A stretch of DNA of 64,000 bases from an uncultured candidate division Zixibacteria bacterium (GCA_963806185.1 CAWDXE010000007.1:978059-1042058), one strand, 5' to 3'. Numbered from the stretch's first letter, positions 43,332 through 53,006 are shown. The notes: generated by a model not told the origin, from the letters alone. Numbers and translations are program-made.

Positions 43332-43396
43332 GTGTGGCGTACCACCAAGGTGCGCCACTTTTTGAGACACTTCATCGTAAAGCGGTGAGGTACGGA
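43332..43396. repeat. Double-hairpin REP-like repeat, copy 1
   Basis: GTGGCGTACC/GGTGCGCCAC hairpin plus ACTTCATCG/CGGTGAGGT hairpin. Direct copy at 43937-44000. Confidence 0.8.
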
Positions 43397-43431
43397 GATG
43401 AGCGACTGGTGGCGGCCACGGGAGGACGGGT

Positions 43432-43842
43432 ATGATATTCGCAATCAAGACCGAGATCAAAGATCCGCGTGCGGCGACGTTTACCTTTCGCGCGCAAAAG
43501 ACGATGTATGGCGGCAAGCAGATCGCCAGAAATGATATGATCTTTCTTTTCGCGAGCGAGAACGAGGGCGGCTCGGGGCTCATCGCCCGGGGACTCGTCA
43601 CCGCAGCCACACCGATTCCGCTGAAGACCGGAGTCGCCCGCCAGACCCAGCGCGTGAGCATCACGGTGCGTCGCACCGCACTTGCCAAGCGACGGCTGGG
43701 ACGGAGCGAACTCAAGCCTTTCTCAGACTGGACGGACGGTCGGCCGGAGACGGAGCTGAACTTCAAGTACTATCGTCAGGCAACCAACAAGATTGTCGGC
43801 ATCTCAGAAGAAACGGCGGCGTTCCTCGATCGGTTCTTTTGA
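43432..43842 (+). CDS. Hypothetical protein
   Basis: GGAGG RBS and a clean 136-aa ORF lying between two direct repeats. Confidence 0.75.
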   Translation: MIFAIKTEIKDPRAATFTFRAQKTMYGGKQIARNDMIFLFASENEGGSGLIARGLVTAATPIPLKTGVARQTQRVSITVRRTALAKRRLGRSELKPFSDWTDGRPETELNFKYYRQATNKIVGISEETAAFLDRFF

Positions 43843-43936
43843 CGCGGCCGATTTCATTCAGCTGGCCTGGACTCCCCCCACAGAACTTAGACTTTCAGCG
43901 AGCCTCGGAAGCCTCGATCGGCGTAGTAATATCCGT

Positions 43937-44000
43937 GTGTGGCGCACCCCATGGTGCGCCACTTTTTGGGAAACCTCACCGTAAAACGGTGAGGTACGGA
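43937..44000. repeat. Double-hairpin REP-like repeat, copy 2 (partial third copy at 44829-44852)
   Basis: GTGGCGCACC-CCAT-GGTGCGCCAC-TTTTTG...ACCTCACCG-TAAAA-CGGTGAGGTACGGA. Confidence 0.8.
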
Positions 44001-44021
44001 ATCAGAGATGGCTACCGCCTC

Positions 44022-44717
44022 TCAGGCGGCGATGCCGAATAGTTTTCCAACCCCAGCTGTTAACGCCATAGCCAGAGCACCCCAGAGGGCAACTCGCCCT
44101 ACCGAGGTCAGCACGGGGGCACCGGCGGCCTGGGCCGCCAACGCTCCGAGGCCGGCAAGACAGACAAGTGACGAAATCGATACTACGGGCACAACGATAC
44201 TCTGAGGAACCAACACAGCGGCCAGCAACGGAAGCACAGCTCCAGCCGTAAATGTGGCAGCGGACGTCAACGCCGCCTGTATCGGTCGAGCGCTGAGAAC
44301 CTCAGATATGCCCAGTTCGTCATGGGCATGTGCACCTAAGGCGTCCCGTGCCATGAGCTGTTCGGCAACCTGCTTGGCCAGGGGCGCGTCCAGTCCCCGC
44401 TCAACGTAAATTGCCGCCAGTTCCTCCGCTTCAAAGTCGGGATCGTTGGCAAGTTCTGCTTTCTCGCGCTCCAGGTCGGCTCGTTCCGTATCGGACTGCG
44501 TGCTGACCGACACGTACTCGCCTGCGGCCATCGACATGGCGCCCGCAACCAGACCGGCGAGTCCGGCGGCGAGTACACCACTCCGGCTCATTTCGGCCGC
44601 CGCAACGCCGACCAGAAGACTGGCCGTGGAAACAATACCATCGTTGGCGCCCATGACCGCGGCGCGGAGCCACCCAATTCGTTGTGTTCGATGTCGTTCG
44701 GGAAGATGCATTGCCAT
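44022..44717 (-). CDS. VIT1/CCC1-family Fe/Mn transporter
   Basis: WLRAAVMGANDGIVS and SMAAGEYVSV motifs. Confidence 0.93.
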   Translation of the reverse strand: MAMHLPERHRTQRIGWLRAAVMGANDGIVSTASLLVGVAAAEMSRSGVLAAGLAGLVAGAMSMAAGEYVSVSTQSDTERADLEREKAELANDPDFEAEELAAIYVERGLDAPLAKQVAEQLMARDALGAHAHDELGISEVLSARPIQAALTSAATFTAGAVLPLLAAVLVPQSIVVPVVSISSLVCLAGLGALAAQAAGAPVLTSVGRVALWGALAMALTAGVGKLFGIAA

Positions 44718-44915
44718 TCCTCACTGAGTCGTTTCCCAAGTATTGGGAGACATTGTGTCGTCAAGACTGTTGGCGACGGTGATATGTCAAGGTAAGACGC
44801 ACTATGCCGGATGACAATGGCATTTTGCGTGGCGTCCCCCATGATGCGCCACGGGTAGGCGGAGGTATCTCAATTTCATCGGAGAGGATGGAAAGAGCGG
44901 CTATCTGCCCCGGGG

Positions 44916-45704
44916 CTATTGGGCGATCTTCTTCCATTCAGCCAAAGTGCGGCCATCGCCGGCCGACGTACTGAAATCGGCTGGACGGTCACTGCCGGGT
45001 CCGGCGTAAATGGTCCGAAATATTCCGCTCGTGAACTCATAGAGCCCGCGCTGTATTTGACCGGCGTGGCCGCCGTCGGTGATGTAATAGTCAATTTTAT
45101 GAGGCGTTGTCGAGTCATCCACCTTGACCTTCGCTTTGAGAAATAACTGCCCCCCAAACGTGACCGTCGTCTCAAAGCCGCGATAGGTTCTCCGGCCCGA
45201 CTGCACCATCCTCTTGTCCAAGGGCATTCCATCGCGCACACAGGAAACCATCGCCCACTCACCCTCAAGTTCTGGTCGTGATGCAAATTCGAGAGCACCG
45301 AAGTCCGTCGACGATCCCGACGCCTCTTCCCCGCCCTCGGATGCCCGGACAAACGTTTCCAAAGCGTGACCACTCTTCGGTGAGGTGGCGAGTCCGGTCG
45401 GCCTCGTTTGGCTGGTAACAGTCAGGCAGACAGTCCAGGTGTCGCCGTCGAGTTTGAATATGCCAAGCGAAGCCCTCCCCTTCTCCGGACCGTCGGTGAA
45501 ATTCATATCGAGTTGGGCGGGCGTTACAGCGGTATTTACGGTGAAGTTGCCCCGGTAGGTAGCACCCATGCCGATCGCGACAAACTGGGTGCCCTCGATA
45601 ACCATCTTTGCGCCGGTGAAGGCGCCGGCGGGCAGTTTGCCGCCGTCCATCTCGAGGGCGGTGATATTCCAGGTTCCCTGCAAGCTCTTGACCGTGTCGT
45701 TCAC
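44916..45704 (-). CDS. Tandem TIGR03067-domain protein
   Basis: Two LQGTW/LEGEW...P..LD/ID...GIF/GLY...RP repeats. AAAGGAGA RBS before the GTG at 45704. Confidence 0.82.
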   Translation of the reverse strand: MNDTVKSLQGTWNITALEMDGGKLPAGAFTGAKMVIEGTQFVAIGMGATYRGNFTVNTAVTPAQLDMNFTDGPEKGRASLGIFKLDGDTWTVCLTVTSQTRPTGLATSPKSGHALETFVRASEGGEEASGSSTDFGALEFASRPELEGEWAMVSCVRDGMPLDKRMVQSGRRTYRGFETTVTFGGQLFLKAKVKVDDSTTPHKIDYYITDGGHAGQIQRGLYEFTSGIFRTIYAGPGSDRPADFSTSAGDGRTLAEWKKIAQ

Positions 45705-45911
45705 GTGATGGTCTCCTTTTGCCGTCACAGATGACATTGTGTCCCGGACTGGTATAATATACTAGTTTAGTACATGATTGACAAGGGGGCAAAGAGACGG
45801 CGATGACCGGCTGATTTGTAATCTGGAAGTCGGAGATGTTCGGAGAAGGCGTAACAAGATACCCCGCCGTGAAGCGGTGGGGGTACCGAGTTCAAGGGGT
45901 GGGCTACGGCA

Positions 45912-46601
45912 CTACCCGGCCGCCGGCTTTGGTTTGACGCCAATGATAAGCAACCACAACGTCAGTGCCAGCTCGCCGAGTAAAGCTGGGAATGCGTATT
46001 TGGAGACGACCTCATAATACTCCGGCAGAAGCAAACCAGTGAAGCACATCACGACATAAGCAGTACCGTTGATGATAAGCCAAACACCCACGATGCGCGG
46101 CAGAAAACCCGACCGGTAGACCAGCACCCCGAGAGGAAATAGCCAGATTCCCCAGAATATTTCCGCAAGAATAGACGTCTGATTGCTCAGATGAATACAC
46201 ATCATGGCCCATACGTCACGCTGCGACTGGTCAAGCACGGTCAGAAAGTCGGCGCCGCGCACGAGTTCGAGCGTTCCGATCTGGAGCAACTGACTCACGA
46301 ACGATTGGGGAAGCTGCACCAAAACCAGAATCACCATGAGTTTAGCAAGCGGGCGGTTCACGTCTTTGAGCAAACGGTACAGAGCCAGGACGAGGATCAT
46401 GAAGATGACGGTGGATACGACACTTACTGCGATGTCGACCCGAAACAGGGTCTGATGGGCCAGGATGTTGCCGGCGGTGGCCGCCGCGTCTCCCCGCACT
46501 ATCAGCTTGCTGGGGACATACATCAGGTTGAACAAGCCCGTGAATACCAGGAGCAAGTACAATACTCCCGCGATACGTGCTTTCTTCTGGGTTGGATTCA
46601 T
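45912..46601 (-). CDS. DUF4386-family membrane protein
   Basis: ARIAGVLYL, GDAAATA.NI, SGFLPR and GE...LWLLI.G motifs. Confidence 0.87.
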   Translation of the reverse strand: MNPTQKKARIAGVLYLLLVFTGLFNLMYVPSKLIVRGDAAATAGNILAHQTLFRVDIAVSVVSTVIFMILVLALYRLLKDVNRPLAKLMVILVLVQLPQSFVSQLLQIGTLELVRGADFLTVLDQSQRDVWAMMCIHLSNQTSILAEIFWGIWLFPLGVLVYRSGFLPRIVGVWLIINGTAYVVMCFTGLLLPEYYEVVSKYAFPALLGELALTLWLLIIGVKPKPAAG

Positions 46602-46688
46602 GTAGTTCCTCGTCGTTGTTCGTTCAAGGATAGTACGCGACGCACGGCAGTTTGTTTCAATTGGCCGCGTGGGCGGATGGGGGTGTAT

Positions 46689-46786
46689 TAGGGCGGAACT
46701 CTATTGCGATGGTCAGACGTCCAGACCTAGGATGGCGCGTGCGATAGTGGTTGAATTCAAGGAAAACGAAAGAGAGTTCCGCCCTT
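46689..46786. repeat. ~100-bp REPIN/MITE-like element, copy 1
   Basis: Terminal inverted repeats AGGGCGGAACTC...GAGTTCCGCCCT; interior similar to 48246-48345. Confidence 0.8.
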
Positions 46787-46936
46787 CTTACCGCCCTGTG
46801 CGCGGCGTACCCCCAGGCGCGCCACCGGGAGGAGACGGGATCGCAGGTGTGCTACTGGGTGCTCGGGTCGGCAAGAAAGGCAGAGCACGGGCAACGGTTA
46901 AGTGGTGTTGGCGATTGAAGCTGACCTACAAACTCG

Positions 46937-48037
46937 CTAACAGCCCGGTAAGGGTGTGGCAGTGATAAACAAATAGTCAATCAGGCGAGTCAGGTCGCCA
47001 ACATCGACACCTGTTGCACCGTCCAGGTCAGCCTCCTGTTCGCAACAGAGCGCGGAGTAGGAAAGGAACAGAAAATCGATCAGCCGCGTCAGGTCGCTTA
47101 TGTCCACCCAATCGTTATCCGCTGTCGAGCAGTCGACATTACCACGGCCTTCGGTATTGTCGCAACAGACGACGGCAGGTCGCAGTTTCTCGATGACCTG
47201 GGCATCCACCCACCAAATGTCTCCATTGAGGAAGAAGAACAGATATTTCCCGTCGGGAGAGAGGGTCGCGCCCCCCGCGCTCGGATCAAAGCCGTGGGCC
47301 GTCAGATCGATAGCCACATCCCAGGTACCGTCCGGTTTTCGGAAACTGACATACATGTAGCTGCCGCCCTGCACATCGAATATGATGTAGCTTCCATCTC
47401 GAGCGATACAGGGATGCGCCTGAGCTCCGTAATGGGCGCTGATGTTTATTCGCTGATAACTCTCAAACAGACCGTTGTTCAGAGTCACCTTAGCAAGATA
47501 GGTTTTGCCATCGATATACAGAGAGGACATGTCGGTCACGTAGATGTTGCCCATGGAGTCTGACGAAACAAACATTCCCTGGCCGGCACGTTGGGGCTCC
47601 GTCCAGCCGGCTGATTCTCGTGTCGTTACCCAGACCTCAGGCAACGTGCTTCCTCTCTGCCAATTGAAGTACAGTGAAGCGTTGTCATACGTGATACAGG
47701 GTTCAAAGGCGGGATATCCGGCGGAAAAGTCAACCGGTTCGGGGGCTGTCCATCCTGAGTCGACGACCACGCATTGATAGATTGTTGCAGTCGTTACTTC
47801 GGAAAAGCGATAGAAGTAGTACTCACTGTCATTCGATGCGAAGGTGCCTGAAAATTCAGTGTATGCCGGAAGAGAGACGATTCCCGGCGCGAACACCACG
47901 GGCACCTCGCCCGGAAGCTCCTGGCCGAGATACGGTCCCGGAGTATCGAGTGCAGCACTATGACTTTCTTCGGGATAACCGGAGGCAGCCAGTATGGCCG
48001 AGACGGCCAGGACAAGACAAACCAGCGCAAATCTCAC
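46937..48037 (-). CDS. Secreted PD40-propeller protein with a C-terminal dockerin-like domain
   Basis: Signal peptide, GPYLGQ..P...FAPGIVS, LSPDGKYLFF, and a duplicated D(I/V).DLTRLID.LF repeat. Confidence 0.85.
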   Translation of the reverse strand: MRFALVCLVLAVSAILAASGYPEESHSAALDTPGPYLGQELPGEVPVVFAPGIVSLPAYTEFSGTFASNDSEYYFYRFSEVTTATIYQCVVVDSGWTAPEPVDFSAGYPAFEPCITYDNASLYFNWQRGSTLPEVWVTTRESAGWTEPQRAGQGMFVSSDSMGNIYVTDMSSLYIDGKTYLAKVTLNNGLFESYQRINISAHYGAQAHPCIARDGSYIIFDVQGGSYMYVSFRKPDGTWDVAIDLTAHGFDPSAGGATLSPDGKYLFFFLNGDIWWVDAQVIEKLRPAVVCCDNTEGRGNVDCSTADNDWVDISDLTRLIDFLFLSYSALCCEQEADLDGATGVDVGDLTRLIDYLFITATPLPGC

Positions 48038-48245
48038 GGATCAGTATCCTCTCTTCATGCCATATGTTGCCATGTAACACGTTTATTGGATGGACGAACG
48101 ATGATTTCAGGTTGTTGCATCGACGGGAGAAAGAGTTAAGAAATGACTAGTGGTTTCTTGTCTTATCCACATTTATGCGATATTCTTTGTCCCCGTTCTC
48201 GAAAGGAATGATTCTGCCGCGATACGGTATGTGAACGCGAGAATT

Positions 48246-48345
48246 GTAGGGCGGAACTCTTTTGCGATGGTCAGAAGTTCAGCTTTTCGAATGGACGTAC
48301 GATAGTGGTTGAATTTGAAAACAACGAAAGGGAGTTCCGCCCTAC
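48246..48345. repeat. ~100-bp REPIN/MITE-like element, copy 2
   Basis: Perfect 14-bp terminal inverted repeat GTAGGGCGGAACTC...GAGTTCCGCCCTAC. Confidence 0.85.
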
Positions 48346-48444
48346 GGACTGCGCTACTGCCGATGGCAAGATAGCGCGAACGCAGGACTCCTGCCCGACG
48401 AACCAGATTCTTGACACTCTCCGTTGAATTGCCATTGTTACCCC

Positions 48445-49011
48445 ATGCTTCCGGAATATTGGGCGATTATCGGCGCCATCATCGGCTCGCTCGGGGGCTT
48501 CTACTATCTATACGAAACCATCGTCGGCACAACCCAGCCCAACCGCATCACGTGGCTGCTCTGGGGGATCTTCCCGATCGTCATCTTCGTGGCGCAACGG
48601 GCACAAGGCGTGGCGGATATATCATGGACATCGTTTGTGGCCGGCCTTACGCCGTTGCTGATCGTGGCGGCATCGTTCTTCAACAAGAAAGCCTACTGGA
48701 AAAGTGAGCCGCGCGATTACTACCTGATGGCCGCGGCTATCGTCGGCATCATGCTCTGGGCCATCACGGACAATCCGAACCTGGCCCTGTTGTTCTCGCT
48801 GTTGGCCGATATGCTGGCCGGCATACCGACACTCATCAAATCATATCGCCATCCGCAATCGGAGAGTTGGATTGCCTATACTATCAGCACATTCGGCTTT
48901 GGGATATGCGTGATGTCGGTTCAAACCTACAACTTTGAAAATGCTGCTTTCGTAGCCTACGTGTTTGTCCTTAACGGCGCTTGTGCGGTGCTGGCCTCGC
49001 GGAACAGGTAG
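48445..49011 (+). CDS. Multi-pass membrane hypothetical protein
   Basis: About seven hydrophobic segments; PNRITW..W and PTLIKSY..P.SE motifs. Confidence 0.75.
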   Translation: MLPEYWAIIGAIIGSLGGFYYLYETIVGTTQPNRITWLLWGIFPIVIFVAQRAQGVADISWTSFVAGLTPLLIVAASFFNKKAYWKSEPRDYYLMAAAIVGIMLWAITDNPNLALLFSLLADMLAGIPTLIKSYRHPQSESWIAYTISTFGFGICVMSVQTYNFENAAFVAYVFVLNGACAVLASRNR

Positions 49012-49113
49012 GGCGGACCCCGTTTTCAATTCGTCAAGGGGTCCGCCAGACGTGAAAGTCGAGAATAGCAGATGGCAAACCCCTTGATCAATGGGAAATG
49101 GGGTTTGCCCTAC
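49008..49113. repeat. GTAG-type REP doublet (REPIN-like) overlapping the upstream stop codon
   Basis: GTAG-GGCGGACCCC...GGGGTCCGCC followed by the inverted GGCAAACCCC...GGGGTTTGCC-CTAC. Confidence 0.75.
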
Positions 49114-49145
49114 GTCACTGCGGAGAATCATGAGGAGATCATAGC

Positions 49146-49474
49146 ATGAAAATGACCGATTGCCCGTTCAAGCCGGTTGACTGGAGCAAAGTCGAGCTGG
49201 AGGTTCACAAAGGGGATCAGGGCGAAGCGACCTGGAGAACTGAACGTGCGGACCGTTGCGCGTGCGCGTGGTGGACTACTCCCCCGGGTACGTTGCCGAC
49301 CATTGGTGCAAGAAAGGACATGTGCTGTTCGTGATGGAGGGCGAGTTGGAAACGTCGCTCGAGGACGGTCGGAAGTTCGTTTTGAAGAAGGGCGAGGGGT
49401 ATCTTGTGGCGGATGACGTCGCGCCACACCGGTCGACGACGAAAAGCGGGGCGAGGTTATTTATTGTGGATTGA
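49146..49474 (+). CDS. DHCW-motif cupin-fold protein; frameshift near 49240-49255
   Basis: H.G..G.A.WRT in one frame, RVVDYSPGYVADHWCKKGH...LFIVD in the next. Confidence 0.85.
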
Positions 49475-49594
49475 GTGGGGCGAGGTCGACGGGGGTCTCG
49501 GCCACACTCGGCACGCGGATGGGAGTGCATGCCTAAAGGAAGGGGGAAAGCCGCAGTAAGCACAATCCGCCTGGTGGGTTTAGGCGAGGCCAAA

Positions 49595-50032
49595 TCAGAA
49601 AAGTGGCATGTGCCCATCTGATTCCTCCTCTGCCTGGGACGCAAGTTTTTGATTGTCGGGATGGGCATCGCTATGGCATTTGATACAAAGCAACTGCAGA
49701 TTGTCGAGAGAATGATCGGGCCCAGTCGAGATAGGCACGATGTGATGAACATGCCCGCGGCATTCAACTTTCTGGCCCCAGTTCTCCAGATGCTCGAGCA
49801 AGTCAATTTCAGCAACCCCTAGCACTCGTCCACACTTCTCACATTTACTAGCAGCCCTAATGATTATGAAGGCGCGCCGAACTTGCCAGTCAGGAGGGTA
49901 CGTGGGATAGAATCTGTATTTTTGATCTGTGTCAGAATGCCATTTCTTGGTTTCTTTGGGGAGGACGACGCGCTTGCGGTAGTTTGACCAAACTGCGCTG
50001 ATGATAAGCCAGACGATGAAACCGGCGATCAT
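49595..50032 (-). CDS. HNH endonuclease with an N-terminal hydrophobic segment; 5' end probably cut by the junction
   Basis: YPPDW, CEKCG and HVHHIVPIS.G.DHSLDNLQLLCIKCH motifs. Confidence 0.8.
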   Translation of the reverse strand: MIAGFIVWLIISAVWSNYRKRVVLPKETKKWHSDTDQKYRFYPTYPPDWQVRRAFIIIRAASKCEKCGRVLGVAEIDLLEHLENWGQKVECRGHVHHIVPISTGPDHSLDNLQLLCIKCHSDAHPDNQKLASQAEEESDGHMPLF

Positions 50033-50265
50033 CGCAAGCTGATCAGCATCCTCACCATCATGATCGAGCGGCGCCAGAAGTGGGACGCCAAACGCTACTC
50101 GGTCAGCTGATCGAGCGTACTCCGCGCTCGGTCCTGGACCGAGCGCATGCAAAGCCAAAAGACCGGTGAGCGGACGGGGTCAAGGCCGTCAGCCGCCGAA
50201 GGCTGGGGCGCGCCGCGCCAGCCTTGAGGCCGGCCGATCACTGGTCTACGTAAAACACAGTTGCT
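50033..50265 (+). mobile_element. 3' end of an IS110-family element (transposase C-terminus 50033-50110 plus non-coding right end)
   Basis: Manual translation RKLISILTIMIERRQKWDAKRYSVS* resembles IS110 transposase C-termini. The end reads CACAGTTGCT. Confidence 0.65.
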
Positions 50266-50581
50266 CCCCGGTGACCGGCCTTTCTTGCCACCGTCATCCG
50301 CGAGAATGGCTTCCCGCGAACTTGACTCAGGGTCGGGGTGCCAGGACCACACGCCTTCGCCGTCCGCATCGTGCGCGCCCGTCAAGCGCGCGCCTTGCGT
50401 CCACCGCATCTCACCGCAACGTTCGTAGACGATCGCGAGCCGCCCCTCCTTTCGGGTGAGACGGGCAAAGCTAAAGCGCTGATTTGCGCCGCATGTGAAG
50501 CGATTTATTTTTGATTCTGCGGCTTGACACCCAATTCGGAAAATCAGAAGTGATTTGCCCGTCGGGTTGTTTTGTCGCAGG
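50264..50581. repeat. Bradyrhizobium-type intergenic repeat element (partial)
   Basis: CCCCGGTGACCGG..TTCTTGCCACCGTC, CAGGACCACACG.CTTCGCCGTCCGC, CGTCCACCGCATC and TGATTTGCCCGTCGGG blocks, recognised from memory of Bradyrhizobium repeats. Confidence 0.55.
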
Positions 50582-50712
50582 CGCGACGCAGGATTTCGCT
50601 TGCGCGCGAGGCGAAGCAGTTCACGCTTCGCAAGTTGGCTGGCTGGCGCCGACGCGATAGGATTGCGAAAGAAACGGCGGAGCACGCTGAAGCTAATCCG
50701 CCCCACGAGCTG

Positions 50713-51225
50713 TTAGCGGCGAATCCAGATCTTCTCGCCGGTCACCGGGTTGATCCCGTAACTTGGCCGATCGTCATCGTCGATGTCGTCGGGGTCCGGA
50801 TATTGCGGAGGAGCGCTGCCGCGTGTCGCAACCACGCGCGGGTATCGGACCTTCGCCAGCTTTGTGCCCTTCGCTTTCAGGCTCACGCGAAAGTGCCAAT
50901 CATCGCCGTAGTCGAACAGAAACACCATGGTGTGGCCGATCTCCGCAAACGCCTGTGAAATCCTGGTTTTCTTAACGCCGCCGACGCCCGGTGCGGCATC
51001 GCCCATATCGGCGAACAGTTCGTATCGGGGAAGCGTGCTCATCAGGGTGGTGGGCTTGAGCCCGCTGTAAAAGCCAAAAGCGTGATCGAATTCGAAACCA
51101 AATGCCGTCACGATTGCCTCGGCAAGCGTGTAGAGCGATTTTGACGGCTCGATTTCGATATCCCGGTAAATTGACATTTTACCGTCAAGCCCGGCGCGCA
51201 GGATAAAGGTGTCATTCGACGTCAT
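50713..51225 (-). CDS. Plasmid pRiA4b ORF-3 / IS1096 passenger TnpR-family protein
   Basis: YRDIEI...SL..L...I..AFGF..DH, FLFDYGDDWHF and PPQYP motifs. Confidence 0.85.
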   Translation of the reverse strand: MTSNDTFILRAGLDGKMSIYRDIEIEPSKSLYTLAEAIVTAFGFEFDHAFGFYSGLKPTTLMSTLPRYELFADMGDAAPGVGGVKKTRISQAFAEIGHTMVFLFDYGDDWHFRVSLKAKGTKLAKVRYPRVVATRGSAPPQYPDPDDIDDDDRPSYGINPVTGEKIWIRR

Positions 51226-51294
51226 GTCGGACCTGCCAGAATCGCTGCCGAAATCGTATCATTACTTCGGCAGCTGCGAGGGCCGCAGCAGCTC

Positions 51295-51385
51295 GTACGG
51301 TGGGTTAGCGAAGCGTGACCCACCGTTTCCGGAGCGATATCCCGGTGAGAGATGGGGGACTACGCTCCGCTACACGCCCTGCGGG
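51295..51385. repeat. REP doublet; similar doublet at 51726-51812 and a hairpin at 52246-52278
   Basis: GGTGGGTTAGCGAAGCGTGACCCACC palindrome with a degenerate inverted partner. Confidence 0.6.
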
Positions 51386-51439
51386 CCGGCGCGGGGCGCG
51401 GCAGTTCGTTCGCTGAACCCCAGCCTGCCACCCAGCTCT

Positions 51440-51658
51440 TCACTTCATCAGAGCGGCACGGCGGCGCAGCCCGCTGGAAGCGTCGAGCCGCCGGCGGTCC
51501 TCGCCGATATCCGGCCCGGTAATATCGACCACGGAATCGAGCAGCGCCACCGCTTCCGCGAGCACCGCCGCGACATCCTGACCGCGCTCGTCGGCCATTT
51601 CGCGCAGGCGCGCATCGGTGTCGGCGTCGATATCCAGCGTGCGGCGGATGATGTTCAT
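51440..51658 (-). CDS. Small ribbon-helix-helix-like protein
   Basis: RRTLDIDADTDARLREMADERG pattern. Confidence 0.5.
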   Translation of the reverse strand: MNIIRRTLDIDADTDARLREMADERGQDVAAVLAEAVALLDSVVDITGPDIGEDRRRLDASSGLRRRAALMK

Positions 51659-51834
51659 GGCGGAAGAATAATGGCGGAGGGTGATCTGTTCGAGATCCTG
51701 ACTGGCCGCATGAGAGGCACAGGTCCGCAGGGTGGGTTAGATTAGCGAAGCGTAACCCGCCGTTTTCCGGTCGGCAAAGTTGGCGGACTGCGTTACGTTC
51801 ATCTACCCTACCGTCCGCAGAGGGAGCAAATACA

Positions 51835-52235
51835 TGAGCACGATCGAACATCCCCGCACCGAGGGGCTTTCGCAAAATCCGGCCTACTCGCATGTGGTCG
51901 TCGCCTCGGGAAAGCGCACGATCTACACGGCGGGGCAGGTGTCGATCGACGAGCGCGGCGCGCTGGTCGGGCCCGGCGACCTCGCCGCGCAAACGGCGCA
52001 GGTGATGCGCAATGTCGGCCTGGCGCTCGCCGCCGCGGGCGCGGGCTACGCCGACATCGTCAAGATCACCACCTATGTCGTGAACTACAAGCCCGAGTAT
52101 CGAACCGTCGTCGGCAAGGCGCGGGCCCCCTTCTTCGCGGGCGGAACGCCGCGGGCCAGCACCCTGGTCGGAGTCGCGGCGCTGGCGATGCCTGAGTGGC
52201 TGGTCGAGATCGAGGCGGTCGCGGTCATTGACTAA
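51835..52235 (+). CDS. RidA/YjgF-family protein
   Basis: YSHVV, AGQV, DIVKITTYV and STLVGV..LA.P..LVEIEA motifs. The ATG at ~51834 follows GGGAG. Confidence 0.88.
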
Positions 52236-52340
52236 CGATCGCGACGTGCGATGGGCCTCGCTAAGGCTCACCCATCCGCGGGGCTGGCGAATCGGTTGAA
52301 GAAGGACCGGGGTGGTGTTTGTTCGGCCAGCGAGGATCCT

Positions 52341-53006
52341 GAAACACTAATTTTCCTGGACTTATTTTGAAGCCAAGTCTTTATTATCAATGGAATAATA
52401 GTATTCATTTTGATTTGGCCAAGGGACTGTATCAATTGAAAGATGATGACAGACGAACTAAATCCTGATTATTTTAATACAGTCTATGATCAAGCCATCT
52501 CACTTTTTAATGATCTTTTCTCAGATGAAGATACAATTCTTTTGGTTACGAATGTTTATCAGCACAGGGATTATATAAGAAGAAGTAAAAGGAAAATCAA
52601 GGTCTATAGTCATTACATAAAAAGCAAAAATGTACGATTTCATTTAAAGCAAGAAACACTCCCCTATATGTTTGATGACGAAGAAGAAGCAGGGGATTAT
52701 TGTACTTCCCAATTTTCATTGGAATGTCACAAACGGGATATTTCGTATCCATTGCTCATAAAAGCAATTTGTAATCAGGATTTTCCTTCGTTAAAACCAA
52801 GATTAAGTAATCCATATTATAGATACGATCCAGATATATTTTTCATTAATGTCACAAAAAATGTGATCCTTTACATTTACGATGATAGGGGATGCGAGGT
52901 CATCGCAAGTGATATTGAAACAATACGCCCTATATATGAGAAGTATGTTGATTGGATTGATGAATATTGTCGTGAAGAGATAGACCAACGTTTTGGTGTA
53001 AATTAG
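52341..53006 (+). CDS. DUF3885-like protein, 5'-partial, frameshift near 52445
   Basis: NFPGLILKPSLYYQW...IHFDL upstream joins ELNPDYF...HIYDDRGC-like C-terminus (YIYDDRGC). Confidence 0.72.

Noticed and set aside
35685..49474. Integron with attC sites
   Set aside because: No integrase, mixed gene orientations, and no RYYYAAC...GTTRRRY-bounded sites were recognised.
50033..50158. N-terminal ~42 aa of the 49595..50158 ORF
   Set aside because: It reads across the junction into the antisense of the IS110 fragment, so it is an artefactual extension.
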